Assembly: GCA_049303835.1 (NCBI GenBank)
Contig: JBAQNN010000002.1
Span: 161,978-225,977 of the forward strand
Length of the DNA: 64,000 bases
Direction of reading: 5' to 3'
Source of the DNA: Minisyncoccia bacterium
GTDB taxonomy: Bacteria > Patescibacteriota > Minisyncoccia > Phycocordibacterales > UBA9973
Position 1 is the stretch's first letter; each line of letters starts with the position of its first letter. The translations under genes and the position numbers were made by a program. The notes beneath the pieces were generated by a model. It was not told the DNA's origin. It searched no databases and saw only the letters and a list, made by a program, of their open reading frames with translations. Positions 10,111 to 18,936 of this stretch are shown piece after piece.

Positions 10111-10707
10111 CTATTTAGAAGAGGAGTTTTTTGATTTAGTTATTATTTCATCAACGATGCCGTACTTTTTCGCTTCTTCTGCATCCATAAAAAAGTCTCT
10201 TTCCACGTCTTTTTCTATTTGGGGGAGAGATTTGCCGGTATTTTTAGCCAATAATTTATTTAAATTATCTCTGGTTTTCAAAATATGCTTGGCGGTGATA
10301 GCTATGTCTGTAGCCTGGCCTTCTACCCCGCCTAATGGTTGGTGGATCATGACTTCAGCGTTCGGTAGGATAAATCTTTTTCCTTTCTTGCCCGCAGATA
10401 AAATAATCGCTGCACCGGAAGCGGCGAGACCGACACAAAAAGTGGAAATATCCGGACAGACGTGATTCATCGTGTCTACGATAGCCATCGTAGAGGTGAC
10501 AGAACCCCCAGGGGAATTTACATAAAGATAGATATCTTTTTTTGCATCTTCGGACTCAAGAAATAAAAGCTGGGCGATGACGATGTTTGCCACATTGTCA
10601 TCAATCGGTCCAGCCAAAAATACTATTCTCTCCCTCAAAAGGCGGGAATATATATCATAAGCTCTTTCCCCGAATTGGGATTTTTCAATAACGGTTGGGA
10701 TTAACAT
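10111..10707 (-). CDS. clpP: ATP-dependent Clp protease proteolytic subunit
   Basis: Strong ClpP signature across 198 aa, including the active-site Ser region [10 protein letters not shown]. Confidence 0.9.
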   Translation of the reverse strand: MLIPTVIEKSQFGERAYDIYSRLLRERIVFLAGPIDDNVANIVIAQLLFLESEDAKKDIYLYVNSPGGSVTSTMAIVDTMNHVCPDISTFCVGLAASGAAIILSAGKKGKRFILPNAEVMIHQPLGGVEGQATDIAITAKHILKTRDNLNKLLAKNTGKSLPQIEKDVERDFFMDAEEAKKYGIVDEIITKSKNSSSK

Positions 10708-10742
10708 AACGCTATTGTAGCAAAAATTTTACTTTTTTCAAA

Positions 10743-11813
10743 CTAAAGACTCTCCAAAAATTGGAAGATTTTTTCGTTGGTGAGGACGTTTTCAGCGTGA
10801 ATACGAGCACGTTCTGGATCAGCATCTTTGTAGTGTTCCAAAATGGCAGCGACTTCTCGTGCCAGCTGTTCTTCGTCTGCGACTATTTTTTCTATCTTGG
10901 CGATTTCATTTAAGATGAGAGAGAGCTTGGCTTTTTTCTCTGCATCACCTTTAAATTCTTTTCTCAAATCTTCGGTCGTTTTGTTTAAGTGTTTGAGATA
11001 GTCTTCAAATTTTAGACCCATCTGAGTAATGTCGGATTCCATTTTGTATAAGATTTTATCCAATTCAAGATTGACTAAGATTTCGGGGATGTCCATTTTG
11101 CTATCATCAATGATTTTTTCAATAATTGTTAGGCGAGTTTTTTCTTTTTGTTGGTTTTCCTTTTCCAGTTTAATATTCGCCTTCAATTTATCTTTGAAAT
11201 CAGCCACATCTTTGAAGGGTCCGAGCGCCTGCACGAATTCATCATTAAACTCAGGCAACTCCGGTTCCGGGTGAACTTCGCCCTCTTTGTGTTCATGTCC
11301 CTCCTCGGCGGGCAAGTCTGCCATATGTATTTTGGGTGCACGGGATTTGCGGATATCCATGATTGTGTTTTCCAAATCTTCTTCGGACACCACTATATTT
11401 TTCTCGGCCTCAGTAACTTTGGAAAGTATTTTTTTAGCGATATCTTTATAATCCGGTAATTTTATTTCCGGTAAAATCGCGGTTTTTATTTTAAAGGCAA
11501 GGGGATTGTTGCGGGCGAGTTTGAGGATGGAGATCTCCGGTCGGCTGATGGCGTCAATTTTCTCGTCCTCAAGTATTTTCGGGTAGTGTTCATTTAAAGC
11601 CATCTCCGCCATCTCTTCTAGAATTTGCATTTCGGGAATATTCGCAAGCAAAACATTCTCCGGAACTTTTCCTTCTCTAAAACCATCCAGTTTTACTTTT
11701 TCCCCGAGTTTTTTTAGAGCTTTTTTAAAATAAGCCTCAAAAGCCTCACTCTGGAGTTCTCCCTCAATCTCTACCTCGCTTTTTGGTAATTTTTTTACTG
11801 TTATTTTGAGCAT
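10743..11813 (-). CDS. tig: Trigger factor (short form, apparently lacking a canonical PPIase domain)
   Basis: Ribosome-binding N-terminal domain; conserved tig-clpP synteny; 356 aa. Confidence 0.75.
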   Translation of the reverse strand: MLKITVKKLPKSEVEIEGELQSEAFEAYFKKALKKLGEKVKLDGFREGKVPENVLLANIPEMQILEEMAEMALNEHYPKILEDEKIDAISRPEISILKLARNNPLAFKIKTAILPEIKLPDYKDIAKKILSKVTEAEKNIVVSEEDLENTIMDIRKSRAPKIHMADLPAEEGHEHKEGEVHPEPELPEFNDEFVQALGPFKDVADFKDKLKANIKLEKENQQKEKTRLTIIEKIIDDSKMDIPEILVNLELDKILYKMESDITQMGLKFEDYLKHLNKTTEDLRKEFKGDAEKKAKLSLILNEIAKIEKIVADEEQLAREVAAILEHYKDADPERARIHAENVLTNEKIFQFLESL

Positions 11814-11846
11814 ATGACTATACTATATTTATAAGTATTTTTTGTC

Positions 11847-11886
11847 AAAAATCCCCACCCTGATGGTAATCAGGGTGGGGATTTTG
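11847..11886. terminator. Bidirectional hairpin terminator
   Basis: CCCCACCCTGA-tggtaa-TCAGGGTGGGG flanked by A/T runs. Confidence 0.6.
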
Positions 11887-11903
11887 GGGAGTGTGTTTGT
11901 TTT

Positions 11904-12125
11904 TTATTCTACCTCGTTTACATCAACACCGATATTAGTATCGGTAGTTTCCAGGCTTGCCTCAAGTGTTTCCAGCTCGGTAGAGTCTTCTTCTGTGACG
12001 ACGGGAGATTCCTCTTGTAGAGCGTCTCTGTTAGACTGCCATACATATATGCCACCCACCACTAAGAGGAGGATTATTATTATTAAGCCTATTAATGCTC
12101 CGTTTGATTTTTTTTCTGGTTCCAT
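11904..12125 (-). CDS. Small single-TM protein with acidic tail
   Basis: 73 aa; TM LIGLIIIILLLVVGGIY; downstream of and co-oriented with the acidic protein gene. Confidence 0.4.
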   Translation of the reverse strand: MEPEKKSNGALIGLIIIILLLVVGGIYVWQSNRDALQEESPVVTEEDSTELETLEASLETTDTNIGVDVNEVE

Positions 12126-12158
12126 AAATTAATTTTTGTTTTATAGATTTATAAAGTT

Positions 12159-12983
12159 TTATTCATCATCGTCACTATCATCATCTGTTTCCACTTCCAG
12201 TTCTGCTTTTATTTTCACTTTAACTTCATCTTTTAGCGACTTGATGGCATCTCTCAAGGCTTTGTGTGCTTCTACTATCAAGGTCTGTGTCTCTTGTGCA
12301 AGAGTTCTCAATTTCGTCTTATTCTCTATTGTCAATTTTTCTATAGAAACTGCCAACACTGCGTTTATTTCAGCTACTTTCTTTTCTGCCGCATCTAATT
12401 TCTCCTCAGAAGTCTTGAGAAAACCTTTTGCTGCAGTGACGGACACACCTTTTGCTTCTAGCTCTGTTATTTTTGCTTCAACCTTGATTTGCCATTCAGA
12501 GATTCTCTCTATCGCATTATCAAATCTTTCCAAAGCTTTTTCTCGTCCTACTATTCTCGTCTCTTTTACCTGTGCTTTTATTTTGTCTGTCTCTTCTCGG
12601 ACTTTTTCTCTCAAGGCTTCCATCTTTTGTTTTGCTTCTTCTCGGATCGCCTCTATTTGTTTCTTTACTTCTTCTCTTTTAGCTTCCATTAATTTTTTTA
12701 ACGCGCTGTCGTCATCGTCTGCATCATTGTCTTCATCATTGTCTTCATCCTCACTATCGCTATCATCATCACTATCTTCATCACTGTCTTCATCTTCATC
12801 ATCTGATAAAGATTCATCCTCGTCGTCGCCATCATCGTCTGACGTTCTAGCTTCTGCTTTGACTGATGCTTCTATTCTGATATCTTCAGATGAATCATCG
12901 TCACCATCTTTCGCTTGTGCCAATGTGTTTCCTAGGACGAAAACCATCAAAAAAACAATCAACAAACTTAAATATTTTTTCAT
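12159..12983 (-). CDS. Secreted, highly acidic (poly-Asp/Glu/Ser) coiled-coil protein
   Basis: Signal peptide MKKYLSLLIVFLMVFVLGNTLAQA, long D/E/S tracts at both ends, central heptad-repeat coiled coil. The opposite-strand Ser-rich ORF is taken as a shadow. Confidence 0.55.
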   Translation of the reverse strand: MKKYLSLLIVFLMVFVLGNTLAQAKDGDDDSSEDIRIEASVKAEARTSDDDGDDEDESLSDDEDEDSDEDSDDDSDSEDEDNDEDNDADDDDSALKKLMEAKREEVKKQIEAIREEAKQKMEALREKVREETDKIKAQVKETRIVGREKALERFDNAIERISEWQIKVEAKITELEAKGVSVTAAKGFLKTSEEKLDAAEKKVAEINAVLAVSIEKLTIENKTKLRTLAQETQTLIVEAHKALRDAIKSLKDEVKVKIKAELEVETDDDSDDDE

Positions 12984-13200
12984 ATATATTTTTTAACTGA
13001 TAATTAATAAAGTTTTAATAAATAAATTCGACACTTATCTATTATACACCACATATGTGTGACGTTCTAGGGGTGGAAAAGTTACATATTTTGGTTGCTT
13101 TTTGGCCCAATATTGGATATAGTCTTTTACAGCAAGTGTATTATAGAAAGTCGAGATTCTATAATCTTTTTTATTATTTATTAGCTTATTTTAAAAATTT

Positions 13201-15231
13201 ATGTTATTAACTTCGTTTGTTATTTCCGTTCTGTCTCTGCTTTTTGTCGGTTATCTTGTTTTTTGGATTAAAAAACAAGATATGGGAACAGAAAAAATGC
13301 AGGGAATTTATGAAGCTATCAAGTCTGGAGCCAATGCCTTTCTAAAAAGACAATATGCCACCATAGGTATCATGGCAGTCGCTTTAGCTTTGGTACTTTA
13401 CGGTGTATATGCTCTAAATGATAAACCGGAAGCTGGAATCCAAGTCGCCCTGGCATTTCTTTTGGGTGCTTTTCTCTCGGGATTTTCCGGTCTTGTCGGT
13501 ATGTGGATTTCCGTTCGTTCAAACATCAGGACAGCCTCTGCTGCCCAGACGAGTTTTAGTAAAGCTTTGACGATAGCCCTTCGCGCCGGAGCTGTTTCCG
13601 GTATCACCATCGTCGCTTTGAGTTTGATCGGTATCACTGGACTCTACTATATGTATGGCGTGCTTGGATACACAGCTATTGAAATCCCGGCCTTACTCGT
13701 CGGCTTCGGATTTGGAGCCAGCCTAGTCGCACTCTTTGCCCAACTCGGGGGAGGAATATATACAAAAGCGGCCGATGTCGGCGCTGATCTCGTGGGTAAA
13801 GTAGAAGCAGGAATTCCAGAAGATGATGCTAGAAATCCAGCAGTAGTCGCTGACCTGGTAGGAGACAATGTAGGAGATTGTGCCGGAAGAGGAGCGGATT
13901 TATTTGAATCAACTGCGGCTGAAAATATAGGAGCCATGATTCTGGGCGTTGCCCTTTTCCCTCATTTCGGAATAAACGGAATTATTTTCCCATTGGTAAT
14001 TAGAGGTTTTGGCTTGTTGGCGGCTGTCGTCGGAGTACTATTTGCAAGGGCAAAAGAATCCGATGAACCATTGAAAGCTTTGAACAAGGGATATTTTGTC
14101 ACTTCTGCTTTGGCTACAATTGCATTTTATTTTGTAACGATGGAAATGCTGGATAGTATCCTGATGTTCTACGCAGGGTTGGTGGGAATCGTGGCCAGTA
14201 TCGCTTTCGTATTTATCACTCAATACTACACAGAACACAAATACAGACCCGTGCAAGATATTGCAAACGCTTCAAAGACCGGCCACGCTACAAATATAAT
14301 CGCCGGACTTTCTATCGGATTTGAATGTACTGCAGCTACTGTCATCACAATTTCGGCAGCTTTGCTCGCTTCATTTAAATTGGGAGCAATGACGGGTTTT
14401 GCTCACGGAGGACTCTACGGTACGGCTGTCGCTACCATGGGGATGCTTTCTACCGCAGCTTATATTTTAGCCATGGATACATTCGGACCGATTACGGATA
14501 ATGCTGGAGGAATAGCAGAGATGTCCGGCGCTTCAAAAGAAGCCAGAGAGAGAACAGACAAACTGGACGCCGCAGGTAATACTACCAAGGCATTGACGAA
14601 AGGATATGCCATGGGCAGTGCGGCTCTCGCAGCCTTTTTGCTCTTCTCCGCTTTCTTACAAGAAGCGGGAATTGTCAGTGTGGATTTGGCGAAAGTGGAA
14701 GTTTTCGTAGCTGCCTTGATAGGTGCAACTCTCATCTTTTTCTTCTCCGGTCTTACTATGAGAGCGGTGGGAAAAGCAGCTGGAAAAATTGTGGAAGAAG
14801 TCAGACGTCAGTTTAAAGCTGACCCAGGACTAATGGCCGGAACCAGCAAGCCCGACTATGCAGCTTGTGTGGACATAACCACCAAAGCAGCTCTAAGAGA
14901 AATGATCCTTCCTGGATTACTCGCTGTTATCGTGCCGATCCTCGTAGGAGTATTCATGAAAGCGGAAGCGGAAGCCGGGCTTATCATGGTGGGAACAATT
15001 GCGGGGATACTGCTCGCTACTCTCATGAACAATGCCGGTGGAGCTTGGGATAATGCCAAGAAATATATTGAAATGGGTAATTTGGGTGGAAAGGGTAGCG
15101 AAGCGCACAAGGCGGCCGTAACCGGAGACACTGTTGGTGATCCATTCAAAGACACTGTCGGTCCGTCACTCCATGTGTTGGTAAAATTACTTGGAACCCT
15201 GTCGCTCGCTTTGGTCGCTTTGTTTATATAG
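13201..15231 (+). CDS. hppA: Membrane-bound proton/sodium-translocating pyrophosphatase
   Basis: GDNVGDCAGRGADLFES and DTVGDPFKDTVGPS motifs; 676 aa polytopic. Confidence 0.9.
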   Translation: MLLTSFVISVLSLLFVGYLVFWIKKQDMGTEKMQGIYEAIKSGANAFLKRQYATIGIMAVALALVLYGVYALNDKPEAGIQVALAFLLGAFLSGFSGLVGMWISVRSNIRTASAAQTSFSKALTIALRAGAVSGITIVALSLIGITGLYYMYGVLGYTAIEIPALLVGFGFGASLVALFAQLGGGIYTKAADVGADLVGKVEAGIPEDDARNPAVVADLVGDNVGDCAGRGADLFESTAAENIGAMILGVALFPHFGINGIIFPLVIRGFGLLAAVVGVLFARAKESDEPLKALNKGYFVTSALATIAFYFVTMEMLDSILMFYAGLVGIVASIAFVFITQYYTEHKYRPVQDIANASKTGHATNIIAGLSIGFECTAATVITISAALLASFKLGAMTGFAHGGLYGTAVATMGMLSTAAYILAMDTFGPITDNAGGIAEMSGASKEARERTDKLDAAGNTTKALTKGYAMGSAALAAFLLFSAFLQEAGIVSVDLAKVEVFVAALIGATLIFFFSGLTMRAVGKAAGKIVEEVRRQFKADPGLMAGTSKPDYAACVDITTKAALREMILPGLLAVIVPILVGVFMKAEAEAGLIMVGTIAGILLATLMNNAGGAWDNAKKYIEMGNLGGKGSEAHKAAVTGDTVGDPFKDTVGPSLHVLVKLLGTLSLALVALFI

Positions 15232-15245
15232 TTTTAAAACTAAAA

Positions 15246-15282
15246 AGGACGAACATCATTTTGTGATGTTCGTCCTTTTTCT
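15246..15282 (+). terminator. Rho-independent terminator after hppA
   Basis: AGGACGAACATCA-tttt-GTGATGTTCGTCCT followed by a T-run. Confidence 0.65.
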
Positions 15283-15296
15283 GTTATACTTTATAT

Positions 15297-15632
15297 ATGG
15301 TTTATAAAATGCAATTAGCAACTGAATATTTTAATAAAATTAGAAACGGTATTAAAACTATCGAATGTCGTCTTTTTGATGAAAAACGTAAATTATTAAA
15401 AATTGGTGATGTTATTGAGTTTGTAAATGCAGGGAATGAAGAGGAAAAAATTAAAAGTGAAATAGTGGCATTGCATAAATTTTCTAATTTTTCAGAATTA
15501 TTAGATTGTTTTCCAATAACAATATTTGGAGGTGAAAATAAAGAACAATTTCTTTCTGTATTAAAAAAATTTTACTCTGATGAAGATGAAAAAAAATATG
15601 GAGTAGTTGGAATTGAAATAAAACTTATTTAA
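15297..15632 (+). CDS. ASCH-domain protein, YqfB-like (N4-acetylcytidine amidohydrolase family)
   Basis: IRNGIKTIECR ... GDVIEFV ... LKKFYSDEDEKKYGVVGIEI parallels E. coli YqfB (ILAGRKTITIR ... GDVLRV ... LKKVIADIYP...FYVIEF). Confidence 0.6.
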   Translation: MVYKMQLATEYFNKIRNGIKTIECRLFDEKRKLLKIGDVIEFVNAGNEEEKIKSEIVALHKFSNFSELLDCFPITIFGGENKEQFLSVLKKFYSDEDEKKYGVVGIEIKLI

Positions 15633-15637
15633 AAAAA

Positions 15638-15682
15638 ATGGGCACCCGGGAGTTTTTCTCCTGGGCACCCGATGGGCTTTTG
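15638..15682. terminator. Bidirectional hairpin between convergent ASCH and GNAT-ASCH genes
   Basis: GGGCACCCGGGAG-ttttt-CTCCTGGGCACCC. Confidence 0.55.
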
Positions 15683-15695
15683 TTGATTGGTGGAA

Positions 15696-17036
15696 CTAGA
15701 CGGGAACGATCTCGAAGACGACGATTCCGAGTTTTTCTTTCTCCGGCGGATAAATCCGCTTGAGAAGCTGGAGCACTTCTTCCTTGGAAGAGAGGTCTGG
15801 GGCGATCTGTTCCCAGGATTCGTTGTCAAGAAGTGCTTCGATGGACAAGTGTCTTCGTACGGCGTTGATTCGTACGTCGATCGTGTTCTCGTGTGAGATG
15901 AGGCGGATCCGTTCACCAGCCTGGATGCGGTTGATGTTGTCGTATCCGACTCTCACTTCCAGGTTCTTTCGACCTGCACGGATGAGGTTGATGAAACGAG
16001 GTTTGACTCTCATGTTTCTCATTGTGCTAGCTCCTATCTCCAGACTCCACTGGTAGGTTGTGATGCCGGGTCGGTAAGCGGATGGCATGGCTGCATCGAG
16101 CTTCCAGCCAAAACGCTGCATTGACATTACTTCGTTAGCTGTCGGGTTGATATGGATGTAGAGCTTTCGACCATAACGCACGAGCTGGTGGGGAAGGTCG
16201 ACGAGCAATGCTTCGAAGGATGCTCTGTTGGTTGCTACAAGTGGCATCACCTTGATTGGTTCACCTTTTTTGGGAGTCATTCCTGCGACACCGAGTACTT
16301 GTCCGGAGCTGTCTACGGCGACGTAAACCAGCTTAAACTTGGAGTTGATGTCGCCACTGGCTCGTCTTCTATAACCACCGTAAAGAGCCCTGACCCAGTT
16401 CTCGTCGACACCACCAAACGAGTTGGGAAGTGTTTCGAGGAGAAGTTTGGTCACCTGCTTTTCGTACTTGTCTTCGAAGGGTAACACAGAAATCTGGATC
16501 TTGTCATACTCTGCTACTTCTTCAGCGAGATGGAAAGTCTTATAGATCATACTTTCGACCATGCCCGCTTTGTAGTGGCTATCTGAACTTCCAGCCCTGA
16601 TGTAACCCTTCTTGAGGAAAAACTGCATGGCTGCAATGTTCTGTTCGGCCACTGTGGCGTATATCTGTCGTGCCCCGTGAAGCTTCGCGTACTCTTCTGC
16701 GTGTTTGAGAAGAATGCTTCCTATACCACGCTGTCCTCGAACACTGGGTTCGAGAATGAGTGGGCTTAGTTTGTAAGTACCTTGTCTTTTACCAACAAGA
16801 TGAACCATTCCGACAGAAGCGCCATTGTACTCAGCGATGAACATTTTCTGTTCGAACGAAAAGAATCCGACCAGATCATGTCCTCCAGTGAGGTGAGCGT
16901 TGAGGATACGTTTAGCGTGAGCTCGATGATCTCCGCCATAGTAAGGCTCGAGAGCTTCTTGCATGAGGTTTGACACCCATGATGAGTCTTCTTCGACTGC
17001 TTCTCGAATTACTAAGACCGTTTCTTCATTTGTCAT
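15696..17036 (-). CDS. Tandem GNAT acetyltransferase fused to a C-terminal YqfB-like ASCH domain; GC-rich relative to flanks
   Basis: Two acetyl-CoA-binding GNAT cores (e.g. RGQRGIGSILLKHAEEYA). The C-terminal 100 aa (RFINLIRAGRKNLEVR ... LKRIYPPEKEKLGIVVFEI) is homologous to the adjacent stand-alone ASCH ORF. Visibly higher GC than neighbours. Confidence 0.65.
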   Translation of the reverse strand: MTNEETVLVIREAVEEDSSWVSNLMQEALEPYYGGDHRAHAKRILNAHLTGGHDLVGFFSFEQKMFIAEYNGASVGMVHLVGKRQGTYKLSPLILEPSVRGQRGIGSILLKHAEEYAKLHGARQIYATVAEQNIAAMQFFLKKGYIRAGSSDSHYKAGMVESMIYKTFHLAEEVAEYDKIQISVLPFEDKYEKQVTKLLLETLPNSFGGVDENWVRALYGGYRRRASGDINSKFKLVYVAVDSSGQVLGVAGMTPKKGEPIKVMPLVATNRASFEALLVDLPHQLVRYGRKLYIHINPTANEVMSMQRFGWKLDAAMPSAYRPGITTYQWSLEIGASTMRNMRVKPRFINLIRAGRKNLEVRVGYDNINRIQAGERIRLISHENTIDVRINAVRRHLSIEALLDNESWEQIAPDLSSKEEVLQLLKRIYPPEKEKLGIVVFEIVPV

Positions 17037-17050
17037 AGAACCTCCTTCTG

Positions 17051-17084
17051 AGGATCACAACACTTGATGTGTTTGAGTGATCCT
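17051..17084. promoter_or_regulatory. 8-bp inverted repeat AGGATCAC-N18-GTGATCCT immediately upstream of the GNAT-ASCH RBS; candidate operator
   Basis: Perfect IR at 17051-17058 and 17077-17084, just 5' of the AGGAGG RBS on the minus strand. Confidence 0.3.
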
Positions 17085-17170
17085 TAACTCATGTTATTAA
17101 TAACACAAAAAATAGGAATAGTCAATTTTATTTTAAAAAATTAATTGGTTCATGTATGGTTTTAATATAC

Positions 17171-17206
17171 AAAAAAGCCCCACCACATCTGTGGCGGGGC
17201 TTTTTA
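17171..17206 (-). terminator. Terminator downstream of nusA
   Basis: GCCCCACCACA-tc-TGTGGCGGGGC plus a T-run. Confidence 0.55.
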
Positions 17207-17215
17207 AATTATTTT

Positions 17216-18391
17216 TTATTCTTCCTTACTATCTTCTTCTAATATTTCTACTTTCTCACCGTCTGTCTTTGCGACTTCTTTATTGTCACCTTTTATATCT
17301 ATCCTCCAACCTGTGAGCTTTGCTGCGAGGCGTACGTTTTGTCCTCCTTTACCGATAGCGAGTGAAAGCTGATCGTCTGCTACTTCCACTGTGGCCTTGT
17401 GCTCCTTTTCATCTATTTCAATAGAAAGGACTTTCGCCGGAGAGAGGGAATTGGAAACGAATTGAGTAGGGTTCTCGGACCAAGGGATGATGTCAATTTT
17501 TTCTCCAGATAATTCTCCAGTAATGGTGTTTACCCTGGTTCCTTTCTGCCCGACGCATGAACCCACTGCGTCAATATGTTCGTCGTTTGAATATACCGAA
17601 ATCTTGGAGCGAGCTCCTGCTTCACGAGCAACGGACTTGATCTCAACTATACCACTCTCTATCTCTGGGGCTTCCATCGCGAAAAGCCTCTCTATAAATT
17701 TCGGATGAGTGCGGGACAGGCGCAAGTTTATGCCTCTTGGGGTATCTTCTACATTGTATAGATAAGCGCGAATACGTTGGCCTCTCTCCCAATACTCTCC
17801 CGGAATTTGTTCTTCAGTCGGAAGGACGCCCGTGGCCCTGTTGAAATCAACATAGATATTGCCTCTCTCTACTTTCTGCACTACTCCGGAGATGACTTCT
17901 CCTTCTTTTGTTCCGTATTCGTCTATGATGGAAGTACGTTCTGCTTCACGAATTTTCTGGATGATGACTTGCTTGGCTGTCTGAGCGGCGATGCGTCCGT
18001 AATCATCCTTAGCCTCCAACGGAAAAACTACTTCATCATTTAATTCCACCCCTTTTTTTATTTTCTTCGCGTCTTCCAAGAGGATATGGTGCTCTTCATT
18101 GAAATGTACCCGTTCATCTCCTTCTTCTTTTATAGAATACTCTCCCTCGTGTTTTTTATCGCTGTCTAAGATGGCGATGCTTTCGTCCACGACTATTTTG
18201 ACTTGGAAAAAATCTGTCTTGCCGGTTTCCATATCAAATTTAGCGCGGATTATTTGTCCTTTTTTGCCGTAATCTTTTTTGTAAGCGGCCGCCATCGCTT
18301 GTTCTATGGCTTCCAATATTTTTTCTTTTGGAATTTTTCTTTCTTCCTCCAATTGTTCAAGCGCTGATTTGAATGTTTTTATATCTAACAT
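17216..18391 (-). CDS. nusA: Transcription termination/antitermination factor NusA
   Basis: NTD, S1 and two KH domains; 391 aa. Confidence 0.9.
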   Translation of the reverse strand: MLDIKTFKSALEQLEEERKIPKEKILEAIEQAMAAAYKKDYGKKGQIIRAKFDMETGKTDFFQVKIVVDESIAILDSDKKHEGEYSIKEEGDERVHFNEEHHILLEDAKKIKKGVELNDEVVFPLEAKDDYGRIAAQTAKQVIIQKIREAERTSIIDEYGTKEGEVISGVVQKVERGNIYVDFNRATGVLPTEEQIPGEYWERGQRIRAYLYNVEDTPRGINLRLSRTHPKFIERLFAMEAPEIESGIVEIKSVAREAGARSKISVYSNDEHIDAVGSCVGQKGTRVNTITGELSGEKIDIIPWSENPTQFVSNSLSPAKVLSIEIDEKEHKATVEVADDQLSLAIGKGGQNVRLAAKLTGWRIDIKGDNKEVAKTDGEKVEILEEDSKEE

Positions 18392-18430
18392 GTTGATTTT
18401 TAAGGAATGTAATGACTATAAAAATCATCA

Positions 18431-18487
18431 CCCTGTGAAATTCCTGCTTTGCAGGAAGCTCAAGCTGTGCTTGAGTATTTCACGGGG
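18431..18487 (-). other. Compound stem-loop: outer stem enclosing two hairpins, between the GIY-YIG gene and nusA
   Basis: CCCTGTGAAAT ... ATTTCACGGGG outer stem around TTCCTGC-tt-GCAGGAA and CTCAAGC-tgt-GCTTGAG. Confidence 0.4.
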
Positions 18488-18531
18488 TTGTGAATTTATA
18501 TTCACTTCCTCGTTAATTTATAAACAAATTA

Positions 18532-18810
18532 CTACCCCATTAAATATGATTTGAGCCGACTTCGCAAAAATTGTTTTCCGTATGCTGTCTTTAGATATTT
18601 TTCACGATGCATTGCATCATGTTTATCTAAACAAGCTTCGGAATAAATCAGTTCAAACGGCCTTCTGTCTTTTGTTGAACTGACTTGACCTTTGCGATGT
18701 TGCTCAAATCGGGATTTCAAATCATTTGTATATCCCACATACAGCTTTTTGTCTTTTTGGGACTTAAGAACGTATATGTAATAAAACTTTTTTACTTGAT
18801 TTGAAATCAT
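18532..18810 (-). CDS. GIY-YIG nuclease family protein
   Basis: YIYVLKS ... LYVGYTNDLKSRFEQH motif. Confidence 0.8.
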   Translation of the reverse strand: MISNQVKKFYYIYVLKSQKDKKLYVGYTNDLKSRFEQHRKGQVSSTKDRRPFELIYSEACLDKHDAMHREKYLKTAYGKQFLRSRLKSYLMG

Positions 18811-18835
18811 TTAACGGGGTTTTAAAAAATATAGT

Positions 18836-18892
18836 CGCTTTGCTTCTTATTTTTTAAAAAAATAAAGCCCTGTTGCGACAGGACTCCTATGC
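18836..18892 (-). terminator. Twin-hairpin terminator after the hypothetical gene
   Basis: CCTGT-tgcg-ACAGG and CTATGC-gagaa-GCATAG followed by a T-run on the minus strand. Confidence 0.4.
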
Positions 18893-18936
18893 GAGAAGCA
18901 TAGCACAATATCTATTTTAGTCAAATGAGATTTGTT

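Noticed and set aside
12136-12996. 286-aa Ser-rich plus-strand ORF
   Set aside because: Exact shadow of the minus-strand acidic protein gene (GAx/TCx low complexity). The minus-strand reading has a signal peptide and heptad coiled coil, so it is preferred
13647-15155. Multiple antisense ORFs (60-100 aa) inside hppA, ileS, the adhesin gene and others
   Set aside because: Embedded opposite-strand ORFs inside strongly supported genes; attributed to codon-composition shadows
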